Origin: Naegleria gruberi
Lineage: Eukaryota
DNA: 64,000 bases
Assembly (NCBI GenBank): GCA_000004985.1
Contig: GG738871.1
Direction: 5' to 3' (one strand)
The notes below the pieces were generated by a model, which saw only the letters and a program-made list of their open reading frames with translations, did no database searches and was not told the DNA's origin. Below are positions 11,365 through 22,898 of this stretch, piece by piece (position 1 is the stretch's first letter; every line of letters starts with the position of its first letter). The position numbers were made by a program, and so were the translations under genes.

Positions 11365-14300
11365 CTAATTGGAAACTGAGAGTAATTGTTGACGAGAAGT
11401 GTTCATTTGGGAAAGAGTGCTAGAATTGAGCGAATGGGATTGATTGAGGAGTGATTCAATACTGAACATGCTCTTTCTCTTTTCTGCATTGTTTCGATTG
11501 AGAGATTCGTTTGTTTGATTCCAATTCTTATTGATTGGTTGTGTTGAAGCATTGATTGGACTCATGTGCTCCCAGTGGTTAATGAATTTCTTAGAAAATT
11601 GATTAAATTCATCAGAGTTTGCATTTTGAGAGAGACCCTTCATGAGCGATTCAACATTCTTATTAGAAAGATCATTAAATTGCAACATTTCTATTGATTC
11701 CTTTTCCACTCTCAAAGACTCTACTCTATGTTCAGTAAATATAAATTTTACGAGTTGCTTTCTAACTCCTTCATACAGAGCCGATAAGTAAACCAAAGCA
11801 AATACTATATTCTCCAATGAATTATTCAACTCTTGAATCTTGGAGAGATTTTTCTTCTTTTCTCCTTTCAATAATCTTCTTTCATCAATAAGATCCACAA
11901 CCTTGCTCTTTACAATTGGTATCAACTTATTCTCCATTGCAATAGCAATGACATCCTTATATCTTTTCGAAAGTATCATCTTCTTCAATGAGGAAATGGT
12001 GCTAGCTGGCTCACTTCTCAACTTTTCATAAATTTTACTCAAAGATCTCAGACACTGACAGCAATAATAGGCAGATCTGAATTCAATCTGTGAAATCCAA
12101 ATTTTGATCAACTCGGTTAAATGTTTTTGATTATACGAAAAGAATGGAATGACATTCTGCATCAAAGTTACAAAATCATTCACTCTCATCGAGTTCTTAT
12201 CAAAGTTTTGAATAATATGAATTAAATCTGTTGTAATCTTGTTGTAAAAATCTGGATTCAAAAGGAGAGAAATATTGTTATTCTTAATATTGTGAACAAT
12301 AGTCTTGGTAATGGTTGTAATCTTGGAGCTGGAAACAATTTCACTTGTTTGGAATTTCAGAAATTGATAACTATATGGATCTGAAATCATGGTTGAAAGA
12401 ATTTCCATATAAGTATTTGTGAAAATTTCTGTAATATTCTTCATATCGACTGATGAATTTGTTTCAATTAATTCATCTAATTGTCTAATTTGACGAACCA
12501 AACATTTGAAAAAGTTCCAAAAGTATTCTTCGTGTGAAAGATAGCCACAAGCTTGCTTATCCTTCTTTACACATGTCAATATTGTCATGAGAGCCAATTG
12601 TTCTAATTCGATCATGTCAGCATTTCTTAAATCCTTCAAATTGACTTCCTTTCCTTGTCTTTCTGAATGAATTCTTACCATCATTTCACACAACATGTTC
12701 AGCAAACCTTCTTCTCTTATAATTTTCACAATTTCTTCTTTTTGTCTCGAGTAGACACATGTGAAATTCAACATCTTTACCGATTCAAGAATGATTAGAA
12801 TTGGATCGATTGGTTTTCCATTTCTTTCCAATACGAAAGAGAGAACATTCTTTTCATCTTTTAAAAATGTGAACCAATAATCAGCAATGAATGAAACTAA
12901 ATCTTTGATTTGCTTTCCTCTCACCTCTAGAACATGTCTGTTGTTGTAATCTGAAATTTGCTCTGATAAACTTTGGAATAATCTCTTCAATGTTGGATTG
13001 GAAATAATTTCTCTTGATTTGGAGAATGTGGAAAAATCAGGTTTCAAATTTTCCAAATTAAGGAAGTTAACAACTTTAATTTGTTTCTTGCTCATCAACT
13101 TCTTCGAGAAACTACTATCATTCTTATTGTTTTTATCTCTATAATCAATTGAATCATGATCCTTATCAAATGAAAAGTTAGTTGAGCAATCAGAGCTTCT
13201 ATATTTGGTTAAATATTCTCTTGTGCTCATAAATGAATCTTCCACGAGCCTGTACTGTTTCACAGAGATTGGATCCATCATTTTCGAATTTACATGTGCG
13301 AAAGAACTCAATCCATAACAAGCTGCATGATAAAGCATCTCACGAGGGGGAATTTCGAATGTGAAATCTTCATCCTCCATGTTATCAACATTGATATCCA
13401 TTTCGAGAATGTTAATGGATGGATCAGAGAAGATATCTTCATCAAGGGTGGGGTTGTTGAGGTAATCGAATTCTTCATCCATTGAGGAATCTTGAAGTTT
13501 AGTTGCATCAATGGAAGCAGAAATGATATCAAACATGGAAACAACTCTATTCGAAAAGACATCTTCGAAAGTGTCAGTAACAAAGTGAAGCTTTCTATTG
13601 AATTCATTCCTTTCGTGGGCGTTCAACGTGGTCAAAATCTGCAGAATTGTTTCGTCTGTCAAATAGACGAAATTGTCTCCCTTTACAATATCCCAAATAT
13701 CACAACCATTCTTTTGTAATTCTTGTTGATCTTCTATTTTCATCTTGTAACCATACTTATCATCTCCAGTGTAAAGATTAATCAACATTGGAAAACCAGT
13801 TTGTTTCAATTGACTCAAACATTGATTGAAAACTGTGTTTGAAGTTTTCTTTTCAATGCCAAATGTCATGCAGTGGATAAAGTATGATCTAGAAATGTAG
13901 CGAGATGTTAATTGTTCAAAGAGAGTGTCTTCAAAGCTTTCTAATGCATTAGGTAAATAATCTTCACCGAATTGTTGGACGAAATCTCCCAAAAGTAAAG
14001 TAAGGACTTTTGAGGTCGTTTTCATCATATCACAAGTGGAGGAAACCATTTCAAGGGGAGTCGAAACAAACATTGAATCGTCATATGTTTTGAAAGCGTT
14101 AACACTTTCGTATACTTTCATCACTTGTTCCACCATTTGAACTTGATCCAAACTCAACAAATCCTTAATGAGAATCATTTCATTCTGAGCATTAGATTGG
14201 ATAGCAATCATATTAAACAACTCTACAAATTGATCTGAAAGATTGTCAGCCTCTGTTTGAGTTGGAAGATCAAAAACAACAATTTCCTTAATTTGGGAAC

Positions 14301-15982
14301 TGGTGTTTTCACATCTTCTTCTCCAGTTGAGTAAAATTGTTTGGATTTGAAGATTGATTCTCTCTTCAATGAATGAAATAACGGATCCATACAGTAAATC
14401 AAAGATAAAGTGAACTTGTTGTTGGGAATAGAACAGCGATCTACACTGGTCAACTGGTAAATCTAAAAGGTACGATACAATTTCAAGGTATGATCGTTAT
14501 CTTCGGATAGGATATCTGTAAAATCAAAGTTATAAATCCACATGCATGCAGATAGAACTCTATAAATGGAATCAGATTCTTGGGATGAAATCCCAAATTT
14601 GGAAAAGTAATCTTTCATTTTCTTAACATCCATTTTCAAAAAATTCAAGTCTTTATAGTTGACTTGATGTTTCTGAAACATTTTGTAAGTTTTCAAATCA
14701 TCCGAAATGAAATGATTCTCCTTTCCATATTCAGATTCACCAGCATTAATCATGAGAAGAAAGATGTGATACAAGGGTGGGTTTCTCTCTATCTGTAACC
14801 CCTCTCCACACAGAGTTCCCTCTCTAAATATGGATTTAATAGAGAGTGAGTGAATTCTATTATCCTGATCACATTTCATTGTAACAGTTCTCATGTGAGT
14901 TTGTGTGAGAGCTTTCTGATAGAGAATATTCGAAAATATGAGTAAAATGTTGAGAGCTGGACCGACTGTAGATATAATACTGTCCATATATTGCTCTTGT
15001 TGACTTCCTTGATTGGAAGAGTGATAGGGAAGTAGTTTCTTATTTAACAATGTCATGACTACTTGTTGTAATGTTACTTGTTTTTCCTTTGAACCTTCAC
15101 CCAATAATACTATACATTGTTGGTTAATACCATTACTTAATTGAGTATGAAGATAATTTACAACATCTTGACCGTTATTTACAATAGCTGAGGCTTGTTT
15201 CTTGTTGATGAATGTCACATCTGGATTTTTGAGAAGGATATTTCTCTTACCAAAATGCATCTAATGTTGATGTGAAATGTATTGTTATTGTGTTATTCTA
15301 ATGATAGGAGTGATAAAATACTTACTGTGAAAATTTGTGAAGATCTCAATTGATCCATGAATGACTTATTTACAAAATTTGTCCAATTGGCTACAACTTG
15401 CGCCAGGGAATGACAGCCAGGACTGGCCCACATGAGATTCTCCCTCTCCAGGTTGTTCAAGGCTGGAGCATCGACTGGATAACACTTGGATGGATCGACT
15501 TGAATCTCCTGTCCCCCAAGAATTTCATTACTTGAAATGTTTCTCTCGTTGATAATGACCTGGACGTTCTTGACCTGTCTAACCACTTGTGCCAAGTACA
15601 GTTTATCCTTGATTTCAACCCAAACCAATTCGTCTTTCTTGAACATTTTTCTGGTAGGTTCTTTATAAGTTATCTGAGGTGCAGAGCTTGTGCTTGATAC
15701 TGGAAAGTTTGGTATCAGAGCTGTGATTGGAAGAAAGCTTGGCGAGAAGAGGAAATCATCATTGAATGCAGCAGTGGTTGGAGCTACTTGTTCACCACTT
15801 GATGTTGAACTTGTAGTGGAGTGAAGCGATGATGTATCATCTGATTGATTATCATCTTCATATCTATTCTCTAGGAGAGTGATAAATTTTGGAGTGCTCG
15901 GTGGAGAAGGAACTTTAGATGAATGATGCATGTTCTTCATTGGGTCTCTCAACTCAATGATTGATTCTTGATTCGATAACAT
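11365..15982 (-). CDS. Highly divergent myosin-like protein with degenerate nucleotide-binding motifs (pseudo-motor); exons 15326..15982 and 11365..15260, with an apparent 1-nt homopolymer frameshift near 14465–14468
   Basis: The exon-1 ORF (15293..15982) has a myosin N-terminal SH3-like region (KKDELVWVEIKDK..VQVIINER..QVDPSKCYP). A GTAAGT..TTAG intron (15261..15325) joins in frame to ORF 14463..15260. The P-loop is NQQCIVLLGEGSKEKQV (vs NQSxLITGESGAGKT) and ERNPPLYHIFLLMINAGESE matches ERNYHIFYQL. Switch I is degenerate (CDQDNRIHS vs NSSRFGKFI). The HYGNxxF block is CMWIYNFDF. Switch II is degenerate in the 3' part (IVVFDLPTQTEADNLSDQFVELF vs IGVLDIAGFEIFxxNSFEQLCIN). The ORF continues 951 aa to 11365. 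Confidence 0.55.
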
Positions 15983-17607
15983 TCAAGAATATACTAGTAT
16001 TCTATTTTGCAACGTTTTTTGAAATGTTCAATGAGAAAAATCGTTAGGTCAAATTTGATATGGAGACTTTCAGTTGTTTTTTTAAAGAAAACTTTCATGA
16101 GACTGAACCAGATTGGTGTAAGTTATGGAAAAAACGTTACGGATTGAAAACAATAACGGTTAGAATCTGAATTTGCAATTGCGATGAATAAGGGAGTTAG
16201 GAGGAGTGAAGTTGCTAGAGTCGCAAAGAAAAGAGAATCATTTTGATGTCCCTGCCAAGCTGTCTGGCATGTCCTTAATAAAGGAATTTCCTAAATAAAA
16301 TTTCTGTTAGTGGCTTAACGAATTAAAATTCTATCTATAAGGAATCGTAGACACTGGGATAATTGTGAGAAGTTGCGAAAGTGAGCATAATTAAGATTAT
16401 TTTGTAAGGTATCAGTACGATTTCCCTTATGAATACCTTGGACAATGCTCACAAATCTAGTTAAGCCATCTCAAAACAATTAAATTGGTATCTTCTGCCT
16501 TTGTGAATTTAATAACTGATAGATTCTTCTCTCCACTTTGGTTTGACTGTAAAGTAGTATTTATATAGATGTATGTACAATAGGATAGACCTATTATATC
16601 TTACAAGGTGATCACTATTCGGTTTAAATAATGTCATTCTGTTGTCGTGTTATTTATTTAAACATAGACGCCTGTCCATAACAATGTGAAAAAGAGGCCA
16701 AGTCCTAAAATGATCGAAGAGGAGGCAGCCAATGTAATTTCCTTGAAGAAACTTCTGTGTTGCTTTGTTGTAGTTGTTTCATAACTGTTATTTGTGATGG
16801 AAATTCCAAAATCATCATAATCAGCATTATCCAATAGTAATTCATCATCAACAATTATTTTAACACGTAAATTTGATAATCAATAATTTCCACACCAGAT
16901 AATTCCACAATGTGTGATGATTAAATACAAATCCAAATTTCGCAAATAGTTATACAAGCAAAATTAATAATTTGTCGAATTAATTTATATTGAATTGTAT
17001 CCACAAAGTGATCATCGTCAATTTTTCATCATCAAAACAAAATATAATTAATAATTTTATATACCTCCGGAATCTAGATCCCTCATCAACTTACACCAAA
17101 AATAAAGCCATCAATACAAAACCAATAGATGAGAGAACAACAGCCAAGGTTGGGTAGCTGTTTGGATCAACAGGGCTGTGATATTGAAGATTGGAGGACA
17201 TTTTATTCTTGTTGTTGGATCAAGCAACAATTCCTCTGCTGAAAAAAACTCGCAAAGATTCTTCCCGCTCTTTGGTAGTTTTAATAAGTATTCTTCAGGC
17301 TTTGATTTAAGCTTGTGGAGTTGAGAGAGATTTTGGCTTACGTTCAAACGAATAATGAAACTAAGAATTCAATAGATATCAAGGAGAATTGATGAAAGGA
17401 AATAGGAGTTGTGTTTCATTATTAATTGAAATAGGAATCTAAATGGAATGTTCAAAAGAAGGAACTGAATTGGATTGTTTTAATAATGGTCAATTTTAAG
17501 TTAATGACAACCCCAGCAAATCAATAATCTAATATCACTCAATTCAGCATGCTGGTTTCTAATTTGAAATTATTAAACTATTTATTGAAATTTAAATTGA
17601 ACTATTT

Positions 17608-19038
17608 CTAAAGTGAAGGCATTTGTTGACTGATACAGTGCATTCCTCCTCCACCCATGTTAATAGCTTCAGTTGAAATTGCAACAATTACATGATTTGG
17701 ATATACTCGCTTAAATATTTGAAGAGCTTCTTCATCAGAATCTTTAACGTGTTGGGGAAGACCTTCACGATAATATTTGGAGATGAGAACAGTATTATTA
17801 CTCACTAAGAAATTCAAATAACTCGAGGCAATAATGTACTTGTAAGTTTGGTCATCATGCATAACAAGTCCATCTTCAAATTCCAATTCCTGTAATGTAT
17901 CGAAACAGGAGTCACCCTTCTTGAGATCCATAACAATGTGTGGTCCAACTGGAACTTTGATAATTTCGAATGGTTCTCCTTTGAGATTGGTTTGCTTTTT
18001 GAGGAGTTCATAGTTTTGCTCGAGTCTCTTTCTATTCTCAACAGAGATACAATCATTCAAGTGAACTGGTACATAGGCAAGGAGAATGGTATTCTCAGTG
18101 GCAAATCTAGCCCACTCGTCAATGTGTCCTCCAGTACCATAAGATGCCAATAATTCAGTGCCTGGAATGAGTCCTCGATATGAGCATTGATCTTCAACAA
18201 GACCCTCAGTTTCCAACCAGATGATCTTTTCAGCACTTTTACCAAAAACTCTCTTCATTTCATGCTCGATTTGTTCTCTATTTTCAATATTGTTATCCTT
18301 ATTTCTTTGCATTTCAACATGTTCGACCATCATCATGACACCATTTCCATTGTACTCTCTGTCACCACCTTCACTGATGAGGTGAGAACGTACAACTGGA
18401 ATATTTAACTTGTTAGCAACCTTCTATCAANNNNNNNNNNNNNNNNNNNNNNNNNNNNNNNNNNNNNNNNNNNNNNNNNNACGAAATTGGACCATTATCT
18501 CTCATCCACACATCCAAATGTTCGATAATATGATATCTCATTCTCTTTTCAATCAATTCAACAGAAATATTATTTCTTTGTTTTAAAAACTTTTCCACAT
18601 TCATCTTATCTTCCTCTTCATGAATAATCAAATCAATATAAAACTCTGATCCATTCACATTATTATTCAAGAGCAAAGCTTCCATCATTGGAAGTCTATC
18701 ATTCATTAATTCACAAAGAATTCACAACATGATCACTTACTGCACTTGATGGAAAGGACTATATCTGATTGGTTCTTCTGGACAAACCTTGAATGCAAAT
18801 TCATAATTATTCTCCTTTGTGGTTGGGCCTAATTAAAGTGTAAAGTTAGTGTCATTCGGAAGTTGATGATCACTTACCAAGAGCCATCCAAATACTTTCG
18901 TGATGTTCAAATTCACCTATTTTCATAATAGAATTCATTTGTTTCATCATGGAATGTCCACCAAACAGAAAAAAACAATTAAATCTATCGACACATTGAA
19001 AATGTTTGTGGAAACGTACCTGGGAAAACGAAGGACAT
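17608..19038 (-). CDS. Agmatine deiminase (porphyromonas-type peptidyl-arginine deiminase family); >=5 exons, spans an N gap
   Basis: Exons (minus): 19020..19038 (MSFVFP), 18878..18916 (GEFEHHESIWMAL, the PAEWEPHxxxW hallmark), 18741..18828, and 18695 downward to the gap. DVWMRDNGPI lies before the gap. After the gap: GTGGHIDEWARF ... and C-terminal NMGGGGMHCISQQMPSL (catalytic Cys motif). Introns 18917..19019, 18829..18877 and 18696..18740 are all GT..AG. Confidence 0.7.
18431..18480. other. Assembly gap (50 N)
   Basis: Run of n characters inside the agmatine deiminase coding region. Confidence 0.99.
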
Positions 19039-19502
19039 TTTTTTGAAATTGTTTAAACTCCTGTTGTGAATCCTTGGGAGGATAACACTCCGTTAATGTA
19101 TGCACTCTCAGAGTTGATATAATTTAATAAATACTTATTGCCAATTTTGTTTTGAGTAAACAATTCAAAATGTTACAATTTCTCTTAACATTAGACTAAT
19201 CTGTTCTACTGATTCTAATCAGGTGAAGAACCTTTATGTTTCAGGTGCAGAACTTTCTCAATACAATCAACTATTTCGAATACCATCGAATGTATGTCAA
19301 TATCGAATGTGAAAAATGCAAAATGATCTCAAACAAACACCTCCAGCCTGATTATTCCATTAGTTTTTCTTTCCACTTACACAAAGGATCACCAAGGGTT
19401 GATCTATTAGTTTTCTTCTTTTAAAGGTTGTTATCAATTTCCAAAGTCCGTCCGTTCTCCATTCTGTGTGGCGAGGTTTTTTAAGATTTTGCCTTAAAAA
19501 AA

Positions 19503-21008
19503 ATGAACAATTCAAAATCTTCAATGATTTCATTCGGGGCAGCAATTGTCTCGATGATAGCAGTCACATTGATGATGCTATCAATAGCCTCTGCCTTCTC
19601 GGTAAAGAGTGATATCGATTATCGTACAGTATTGTCTGATTATGTGAAGGGAAATAATCAATACTTTAAATATCAATTGAAGGGTACTTATGATAATGAT
19701 TATGGAAAATTCATAATCTTCAACATGACCAGTGTAAAGTGGTTGGATGAGAAGGAGCTTGGGAATAGCTGCTATTGGTTCCACTTGGTCGAAATTGCCA
19801 TTCCAAAGAAGATTAAGCAACAATCAAATGTGTTGATGTTGGTTGCTGGTGGATCTCAAAAGGAGATTGCACCAACAAGTGATAATGAATTAATGAAAAT
19901 GGCTGCCAGTACTCAATCTATTGTTGCATCTATTCATCAAATTCCAAATCAACCTTTGGTTTTCAATTCTGATCCAACAAGACAACAAAGAATTGAAGAT
20001 GAAATTCTTGCCTATGCTTGGGCAAAATTCATGCAAAACACAACTCAAACTGGGTGGATTCCAAGATTACCTATGGTTAAGGCAACCATGTTGGCAATGG
20101 ATGTTGTTCAAGAATATTTGAGAACTACCTTATCAATTAATGTAATGAATTTCCATGTTGCAGGAGCAAGTAAGAGAGGTTGGACCACTAATTTGGTAGG
20201 TGTTGTTGATAAGAGAGTTAGAAGTATCATGCCAATCGTTATTCCAGTAATGAAAACTAGAGATATTCTTGGTAAGTTAACAAAACTATATTAGTTAATG
20301 ACCCTATTGTAAAATATAGAACATTCTTACAATTCGCTTTGCACATGGCCAGAAGCAATGGGTGATTATGTTAAAGAAGGTATCACTACAAAATTAAACT
20401 CTAAAGAATTCCATCAACTGACAACAGTTATAGATCCTTTCGAATATAATGATATTTTGGCAACAATCAACAAGTATTTCATTTATGCCACTGGTGATCA
20501 ATTCTTCCTTTGCGATCTTAGTCAATTCTCTTATCCATACCTTAAGGGAGGTGACCAACTCAAACATTTAAGATATGTTCCAAATACTGATCACTCTTTG
20601 GATGGATCTGATGCCCAAGTTTCTGCTTTAGCTTATTACTTTAGTTTGGCCAACAAGCTTCCACTTCCAGTTTACAATTTTACAGCAGTTTCTGATAGGA
20701 CTGGCGTTTCTGTTGGTGTCAAGGTAATGAGCCCGATTCCACCATCTGCTGTCCTGTTGTGGGAAGCTCGTGCTCCACAAAGAGATTTCAGACTTCAAAC
20801 CATTGGAAAAGCATGGAAACCAAGACCACTCCAATTGTCTAAAGATGGTAGTGTTTCAGTTCACCTGGATAATCCAGCCACTGGCTATTATGCTGCCTTT
20901 GTTGAATTAACATTTGATTATTTAGGAACACAAATTCCTCTCAAGTTTACAACATCAGTTTATGTTCTTCCTGATATTTTGCCATGTAAATACCATAATA
21001 AAGTTTAA
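19503..21008 (+). CDS. PhoPQ-activated pathogenicity-related protein family member, secreted; exons 19503..20271, 20320..21008
   Basis: Signal peptide MNNSKSSMISFGAAIVSMIAVTLMMLSIASA. Phase-1 intron 20272..20319 (GTAAGT...ATATAG). Family-like blocks (WFHLVEIAIPK, VLMLVAGGS, WIPRLPMVKATMLAMDVVQEY, HVAGASKRGWTT). Total ~485 aa. Confidence 0.6.
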
Positions 21009-21195
21009 GATGTGAATAAGTTTGATGTAAATCTAGCAATCTGCTGATCGGCCAGTAAGAAAATGATGACAGATTTCAAATAGGAATATATTACAATTCT
21101 TCCAGTATTATAATCTCACAATTATAATCTCAACGACAAAAACATTCTCCATTAAATGTCAAAAATCATTAACAGAAAACTCACTTATTAAAAAA

Positions 21196-21726
21196 ATGCA
21201 TAGCTCCAAACTCATTATTGCTGTCTTATTGATGGTTATTGCCTCATGTGTTGTCGTTTCTTCTAGATCTCTCCCATACAGAGGACAAAGCATTGTTGAC
21301 TTTATTAACTCTCTCCAACTCGATGAGGAAAATGAAGAACTCGCTGACACCTTCTCTTTTGATTCAGGTGATGATATTGCTAGTGAAGCTATTAGAAGAT
21401 ATGGACGTGTTGCTACTGCAGGTGGTCATTGTGCTCGTGCTGTTAGAGAATCTATTGAAGGTGCTTTGGACATTTCCTTGCAAAGAACTGAAAGTGCTAA
21501 GAATTATGGACCTTCCTTGTTGGCTGCTGGTTTCCAAGTTGTTTCTGGACCTGCTCAAGATGGTGATGTTGCCATTTTCCAAGCTATCCCAAACCATCCT
21601 CATGGCCACATTCAAATCAAAACACCAATTGGTTGGGTTTCTGATTTCAAGCAAAGAGATCAATATCCAGGTCCAAGCTACAGAAGTATCAGTGCTCCAT
21701 TCAAATTGTACAGATATACTGATTAA
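21196..21726 (+). CDS. Small secreted CHAP-like (cysteine/histidine-dependent amidohydrolase/peptidase) domain protein
   Basis: Signal peptide MHSSKLIIAVLLMVIASCVVVSS. Candidate catalytic Cys in ATAGGHCARAVRESIEG and downstream GDVAIFQAIPNHPHGHIQI, matching the CHAP/NlpC-P60 pattern C..AV...G...GD(I/V)..F....HGH(V/I). Confidence 0.5.
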   Translation: MHSSKLIIAVLLMVIASCVVVSSRSLPYRGQSIVDFINSLQLDEENEELADTFSFDSGDDIASEAIRRYGRVATAGGHCARAVRESIEGALDISLQRTESAKNYGPSLLAAGFQVVSGPAQDGDVAIFQAIPNHPHGHIQIKTPIGWVSDFKQRDQYPGPSYRSISAPFKLYRYTD

Positions 21727-21866
21727 TTGGCCACTTATCACTTGCAACTTGTAGTGTGCTGAATAAACACATTCTCAGTGTTTTTTAACATGCAAGAAAG
21801 ACTTTCAAACATTTATTTATTTACACAAAGATATCACATTGGCCTAGACATTATATTTTACAATAA

Positions 21867-22791
21867 CTATTCATCATCATCTGACAAGTCGACAGCAGCA
21901 CTCTCAGTCTTTTTTCTCTTTTCTTCTTCTTGTCTCTTAATTTCCTTTCTGATTTTGAAAGTAAGGGATGGGCTTTCCACAAGGTCTGCTTCAGTAATTC
22001 TTGATTCCCTACAACCAATAATAGGACATTCGAAAAATCCCCCTCCAGTTCTCAATTTTTGGAAAGCCACTGTCTTTTCGTATACGTGTTTACATTTCTT
22101 TGATTGAATAGGTTCTTGTAAATTAGAACCAGTCCATGGACATGTTGTTTTAATAGTAACTTGTGACAATTGAATATCATCATCATCGTCACCTTCCTGG
22201 TTCCAATCCAATTCTGCTGTTGGGTCGTGCACTTGCATGATAGAGAGTTTGAAATTTTGGTATTCCTCCACTTTCTTGATTGACTGATCATCATATTCCT
22301 TCTCAGTATTTGTTTTGATATTATTATCATAAAATTGTGACACTGTTCTTAAATCCTATTCAATTAATAATAATTTAGATAATAAATATTGTTGTTAATT
22401 ATTGATTAAATTGTTATTAAATTCTACTACGTACAATTCCAGGAGATTCCAATATTTGTTGAAGTGTAGCCGTATGACCTTTTGTCATTCGGAGTAAATC
22501 CAAATAATCCCTAACAATAGAATCAATTTGTTCAACTTGTATTTTGTTACGTTCATATTCGGGATCGTCAGGCAAAGATGATCCTTCAATATCTTTTGCC
22601 AGCGTTGTCAATAATTCTATATTTTCCAGCATGGTTGTAGTATTTTCATTGTGTGCTTTTTGCAAGGGTTTAATTTCCAACTGCACAAGCCTAAATGCGC
22701 CTCCTTGATGTTGACTTGAAGACATTTTTTGTGTGATGGAAATTAATTCTTCTTTAATTTTTAGGAAAAATTTTTGAAAATTTAGCGCCAA
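21867..22791 (-). CDS. NSE2: SMC5/6-complex SUMO ligase NSE2/MMS21-like (SP-RING); exons 22435..22791 and 21867..22355
   Basis: Intron 22356..22434 (GTACGT...AATAG) joins the two ORFs in frame (…ESPGI|DLRTVSQFYDN…). C-terminal SP-RING pattern CPWTGSNLQEPIQSKKCKHVYEKTVAFQKL....FECPIIGC. Acidic tail. Stop is TAG. Confidence 0.5.
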
Positions 22792-22898
22792 AACTTTTAA
22801 AAAAACACAAAACTTTGCTTTATCACGAATGAGAATGTTTAATTACGAACATTAATTGTCTATCGGAATCAAGAGATGGAATGGCTTTGATAGTTTGC

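Noticed and set aside
14223-14453. Separate 76-aa ORF between the two large myosin-like ORFs
   Set aside because: It is the same gene read in a shifted frame. The correct frame (open from about 14447 through 11365) carries the switch-II-region homology, so it is not an independent gene.
14463-14465. In-frame TAG in the myosin-like gene as possible stop-codon reassignment or read-through
   Set aside because: A one-T change in the adjacent T4 run makes the downstream conserved frame continuous and removes the TAG from the frame. TAG also ends at least two other genes (21867, 50414) as a normal stop.
18431-18480. 50-bp unusual block
   Set aside because: It is a run of N, i.e. an assembly gap and not a biological feature.
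21239-21754. 171-aa and 127-aa ORFs overlapping the CHAP-like gene in other frames or strand
   Set aside because: They lack a signal peptide and motifs. The annotated frame has a signal peptide and the Cys/His catalytic arrangement.
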